Part shown: piece by piece, positions 58,740-64,000 of the stretch
Layout of the letters: each line of letters begins with the position of its first letter
Position numbering within the stretch: position 1 is the stretch's first letter
Assembly (NCBI RefSeq): GCF_000181795.1
Contig: NW_003526943.1
Location: forward strand, 8,095,792 to 8,159,791
Reading direction: 5' to 3'
Length of the DNA stretch: 64,000 bases
Origin: Trichinella spiralis
Taxonomy: Eukaryota
Notes under the pieces: model-generated
Told to the model about the DNA's origin: nothing
The model's database searches: none
What the model saw: only the letters and a program-made list of their open reading frames with translations
Made by a program: the position numbers and the translations under genes

Positions 58740-61700
58740 ATGCAGCGGCCTGTTGCAGACGACGATATTGTTAAGCTTCAGGAAGAATTTTTGAAAAATA
58801 AACCAAAAGAACTGTCTACAAAGTTAGTTCAGCCGAAAATAGTTAACACGAATGAAAAATGCACCTTGGCTTCTGAACTGCAGAATCAACAGACGTCTTC
58901 AACTAGAAGAGTTTTTAGTGATGTTATTGTAAGCTACGTTTATTGTTTGAAATTGAGATTTACTTTTCTATTATTTTCTCATTTTTGGAGATTGTTATTG
59001 AACTTTTCGAAGAGCATAGTTTTATTTAAATAATCTTTGTTAATTTGATTTGCTTTGAAGTGGTCTTTTATTTTGTATTTTGGGCTGTGTAAAATGTTAA
59101 TAATCCTACCGCTTTTGTTGCATTTTCGAAGGTTGCAGTAGATCATGTATGTTTCAGGAACATCCAGTCGATCTAACGGATTTCAAATTCCAACCACCAA
59201 CGATAAAGAATGATATTTTTTCTGCCAACAGATACTCAGCGCATAATATTTTGGGAAAAAAATTTGATTCGTTCGAGAAGACAGTACAGGCTGAAAATGA
59301 ACTGGAGAAAATTAAAGATGAAGTAAATGTAGAAAACACTGAAAAGCTTAGCAAGATGACAACTGAAGAGATTTTGAAAGAAAGAGAGAAGCTGTTAAAA
59401 TCACTAGGTAATATTTGTGTTTTTCCATTATATTTAAACATTTTAAATATTTCTTAGATCCTCAAACTGTTGCTTTTCTATGTAACAAAAACAAGCCAAC
59501 ACAAATAATGGAAGATACTTCTGTTAACAATGATAAAGAACGGGAGAATGTTGAAGTTTCGGATTTAGTTGATTCAGGTAACCTGTGAATTTTATGTTTA
59601 TTTTGGTTCTGTTTGAATACATTTCATTCATTTATTATGCATAGGTACTATTTTCCCCCCAAATTGCCCCCCCCTCTTATTTGTCTAATATTTTAATTGG
59701 TTCGAAGTTGTTTTTGTGTGATTTGATTTTGCATAAATGTTTTTTATTGAGTTCCAATAGTCAGGATGTCATTGGCTGATAATTTCTCTTATTTAATTAT
59801 CTAAGAAATGTTAATTTGGAATGACTACGTTTTATTATCAAAAAAAAATTAAAATTGAATATTCACATGAACAATGAAACTTGATGGGATGTAAGATAAT
59901 TTTAATGAAAATTTCAAAGTATTGAAAATTGCACATAGAATTTGCAAATTGCAGTGGAAAGATTTTGGTCAAAATATTGCGCCCATTCGCAATTAGAATT
60001 CAATTAACTAATGTAATAATAGACTCTTGGAGGTTAATAAAAACTGTTCACATAAGATTGAATCAATTATGAACCGATCAGTGGAAATATTAGACCAACA
60101 AGAAAAAGAACGCGGAGTTCAAAAACAGTCCTATCAAATAGCATCCCCATTTGATTTTATGAAAATAAACACTTTCCAGTTAGTTGTTTTACTGGAAGTA
60201 ATCATTAAGATGTAATGACGGCATGTGGCGTTATTATTTTTCTAAATTTCATTAAAAGTAACGCGTATATGATAATTAATTCGGTATGATGTAGTGGATG
60301 CGTTGTCGCGTGCGAAATTGCATATTCTATTTTTCAGCGTCTTCATCTATTGAATAGAAATAAATAAACTGTTTAGATAAAACGTTGTTGCCGTTTGATG
60401 TGAATCCTTCTTGGCTTCACATGTCTGTCGTTGAGAGAGAAAAGCTTGAATGGATGTCAGACACTACAATCACCAAATCCGAAGTATTTGGTCGTCATTT
60501 TCCCATGTGTGAGCAATTAATTCATTTTGCAATTTTTCAAGGATGTCCCTTGTGCTCGTTTCGATTTGCAAGGCAATTTGATGGATCCTGAAAAGGATAT
60601 CCCTACTTATTTAGGCTTGCATCACCACGCCGATCAACCAAATGTAAGTATATTGTGAAAATTGCAACCTTTTGCTGTTTGAAGATTTGCCACTGATTTT
60701 CAGAAAGCCGGTTACACGATTGAAGAACTTGTATATCTGACACGATCAAAAAATTTCAGTCAGCGAGTTTTAGCAATAAACGTCTTGGCGCATATTATTC
60801 GAAATGTATTTTGATTTTTTAAAAAAATATGTTTGAAATCATTGAATTATTATTTTTTTGAGGCATCATCTGGAATGTTCGACAGTATAATTCAGCCACC
60901 ATTGCTGGACGCTGTGATTGACACTTATGTAGTATTGTTTGTTCGTCTTTGTTTCGACGAAGCGTCAGTGTCGATGTTGTGCGCTTGTTTGAGATTTTTT
61001 GAAAGTCTTCTTTACTGTCAATTGGATGAAACGGTGCATTATTTTTTTTCAAACTGTTATTATCGTTTTTTAATTAAATTAATTTTATGTTGTGTTTCAG
61101 TTGTTGGATTGCACTTTTGAAAGTTGTGTAGGTGTGATGCAACCTTGGCTAGAACCGGCTACTGCAAAATCAGTTTCTTTGGATGAAGATGAGAGCGATC
61201 AAGCGCTTGTTAAACGTGATCTGGTTCAGGTAAAAACCACATTTAGCGTATTTTATGTTTTGTATAACGTGAGGAGATGTTTTTAATTTGATGATTGATC
61301 ATTAAAGATGCAAACACAGGGTATTAATTGAATTTTGAAAGTGTTATGGAGAAGAACTTTTTGTATGATATTTTTCAGAAAAATATTTATCAATATAATT
61401 TCAGGGTCTTTTGAAGATGCAATTCTTGGAAAGATTGGCCTGCATATTTCGCTTGAGCTATGTAAAATGTTCTACTAGAGCACTCGGCGATGCAGAGGGA
61501 TGTTCTGTTGGTGATCTTCTCTGCAATATTCTTATTCGATTTTCCAGACACAGTCATCAAATTTGCGAAAAAGTTGAACTTTATTTGTATTAATGAATGT
61601 GCAATATATTTGATATATATATATATATTTATTTATTTAGATTGTTGCCTGTGACTCAATCATGGAAATTCTTTTTAGAGATTGTCTTTTAGTGAAATGG

Positions 61701-64000
61701 GGTGTCTTTGGTAAGTTTTTGTACTTTACAGATGAATTTTATTCGTATAAGCGCATGTTTTAAAACAAAAATTACAATTGTACATTTATACATAGTTAGT
61801 ATGCATGTGTATAATTTGAAAATTGCAAATGAACAAAAAACAGCAATGTGATGAAATTGATTATTTAAATTTTAAAATTGTTTGGTAGATTTGCAGTTGT
61901 TTCAGCTATTGTTGTATTGAAATGTAAGTAAAATACATGTAAAACAGCGAAAGCGGAATGCATTTTTAATAAAAGCAAAAAATGCTTCATCTCGAATATT
62001 AATTTATGATTATTTTAATTTCCACCACTGTTTAGCTATTATTACTGACATTGCATGTTTGATTCGAGATTTATTAAATGGAAGAAATTTTGCTCACTAA
62101 TCGACCGACATTTGTAATTGCTAGTTATTGATGCCAGTTGCAAATTTTACTGTTAAAGAAAAAGTTGAATATATTTGATCAAATTTATAGGATAATGTTT
62201 TTTTTTCAATTTAATGTGCTTTATGATGAAAAGAAAATAATAATAAATGATTTAAGATCGACGATCAAGTTTGATAGGGCACAGCATACCAGTGTGGTCT
62301 GCTCTGAAAGTTCTTCGACTGCTCGTTTCAGCTGACCGAAACATTGCAGAATATTTGGTTTGGCATTGACTGTTTGGTGATGATTCGAAAAAATATATAT
62401 TAAAAAATTTTTTTTTCAGATCAAACATTACGATATCAGCCGATTTCTTTTCAGATATTTAACAGCAGAACCATTGTATGTGTACTTTTTTAGAGGAAAA
62501 TTTAAATTAACGATGATTTTGATTAATTTTCTTCTTTTTTTTGATAGAGATTTGGGCGTTCCTTTGGAATTCGCTTTCAAATTAATTGTAGAATCGTATC
62601 GTCTATGGCGTGCGTTTGTTTTCTACGGATTGTTCACTTCAGAAGTTGGGTGAGCAGCATTTCAAAATGCTTATGGCATTGTTTCATATTATAGAAGTGT
62701 TTGATTTTTTTTCATCATAAATGATTTAATCGTTAGTTTATTTGCACTTGTTTAGAGTGTAATAATTTAGAAAATAAATCTTTTTGAATAATTTTTTAAT
62801 TTTTTGTTCAGAAGTTTGAGTGAAGTCTTGTTCACACAAACGAAGCAAGTATGTTCTTTGGACAGTTTGGTGGATTTTAAAAAAGCACATTTCGCTTGTA
62901 TACGCGTTCGTTGTATTGTTGCACTGTTGGAAACGTTCTTGATTTATTATCGGTAATTTTAATTTTTAATTTTAATTAAAAAAAATTAAAAGTGAATTAA
63001 TTTTTCAGATCGAAATCGAGCTCAGAAGCGGACAATATTGTTGAAGGTTATTTTAGCCTGTTTGCTGTGGCATTCCAAAATGTTGTCAATCTGATCAGTG
63101 AACATCTTCAGCAAAATTCTGCCACTGTGCACGTGAGCAATGAAAAGCTTATTTATTATAAATTATTCTGGATGAATTTTTTTTCTTTTGTTTTAGCAAA
63201 CGTATATTTTTCTTCTGAATAGTATGGTCAACTTTTGTGCTACTTGTGCTTATTATGATATTCGCGGAGTGGTACGTATTTTTTTTTCTTTATTTTCACA
63301 ATTTTTGAATTTGTTGTTTCAAAAATTGACTTTTTCATTATTAAATTTAGTACGCCGAACGAAATGCGTATTTAGTTTCAATTATTGGAAAATTGAATAA
63401 ACTATTACCGAAACTGTTAAATAAATCACTGACAGAATGGTAAATTTTTCAAAAGAAAAAAATTTATTTTATGATAATATATTTTTAATAAAAATAGGTC
63501 CTTTGTTTTATCATCGAAATCTGGAAAAGAGAATAGCGGCAATAATTCATCGACATCAGGCTTTCTCAGATCGGTTCTCAACAAGCGCACGCAACTTTAC
63601 AAAGTGGTCAACGATGAACAGTGCTCACCATTTATGTTTTTAGCCTCTTTTTGTCGACTGCTTCATTTGTGCAAGATTGATTTCAAACAGCAGGTTTGTT
63701 CACAATTTTATATTTTAATAATAAATTGACAAAATTTCATATTCTTTTTTATTTTTCTAGATTATTGATGACATGTTAAAAAATGAAGTATTGGTGGAAT
63801 ATTTGGCATGTTTGGATGAATGCGTTGAAAAGCGGTTCGAAGAAGTTGGTCATTTTTCTAAATTTGAAACGTACTTTTTGGGATTGTTGTCCATGTTGGT
63901 TGAAGGCCAAGTAAAATTGCTTCTTCTTCTTATTATTATTTATTATTAAGCATTTCATTTTTTTGTCCATTTATTTCAGCATTATACATTGTACAGAATT
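58740..64000 (+). CDS. RPAP1: RNA polymerase II-associated protein 1 (RPAP1/Rba50), many exons, truncated by the window end
   Basis: [33 protein letters not shown] (RPAP1_N-like) and RFDLQG...[34 protein letters not shown] (RPAP1_C-like). Confidence 0.9.

Overview
AT-rich eukaryotic genomic DNA with many short GT-AG introns. The gene set and the signal-peptide serine protease family suggest a clade I nematode, most likely Trichinella (inference from recalled family similarity, not a database hit). Housekeeping and signalling genes, in order: cytochrome b561, a TWK/K2P potassium channel, ADP/ATP translocase, CDK5, an intronless tetraspanin, FAM32A, EDEM2-like GH47 mannosidase, a divergent NELF-B/COBRA1, a BMP-type R-Smad, a small prag01/Deltameth_res protein, YRDC/Sua5, a double-chromodomain AT-hook protein and RPAP1 (runs off the window end). 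About 32-51 kb is a dynamic accessory block. It holds three tandem, mosaic copies of a secreted S1 serine protease, two MITE-like elements, an internally deleted Ty1/copia element with a half-tRNA primer site and apparently chimeric LTRs, and a solo LTR. A second solo LTR lies at about 16.7 kb. No wholly new multi-gene system can be demonstrated from the sequence alone. The strongest leads are NELF-B in a nematode, the patchwork protease array and the unusual copia architecture. Exon coordinates were read by eye.
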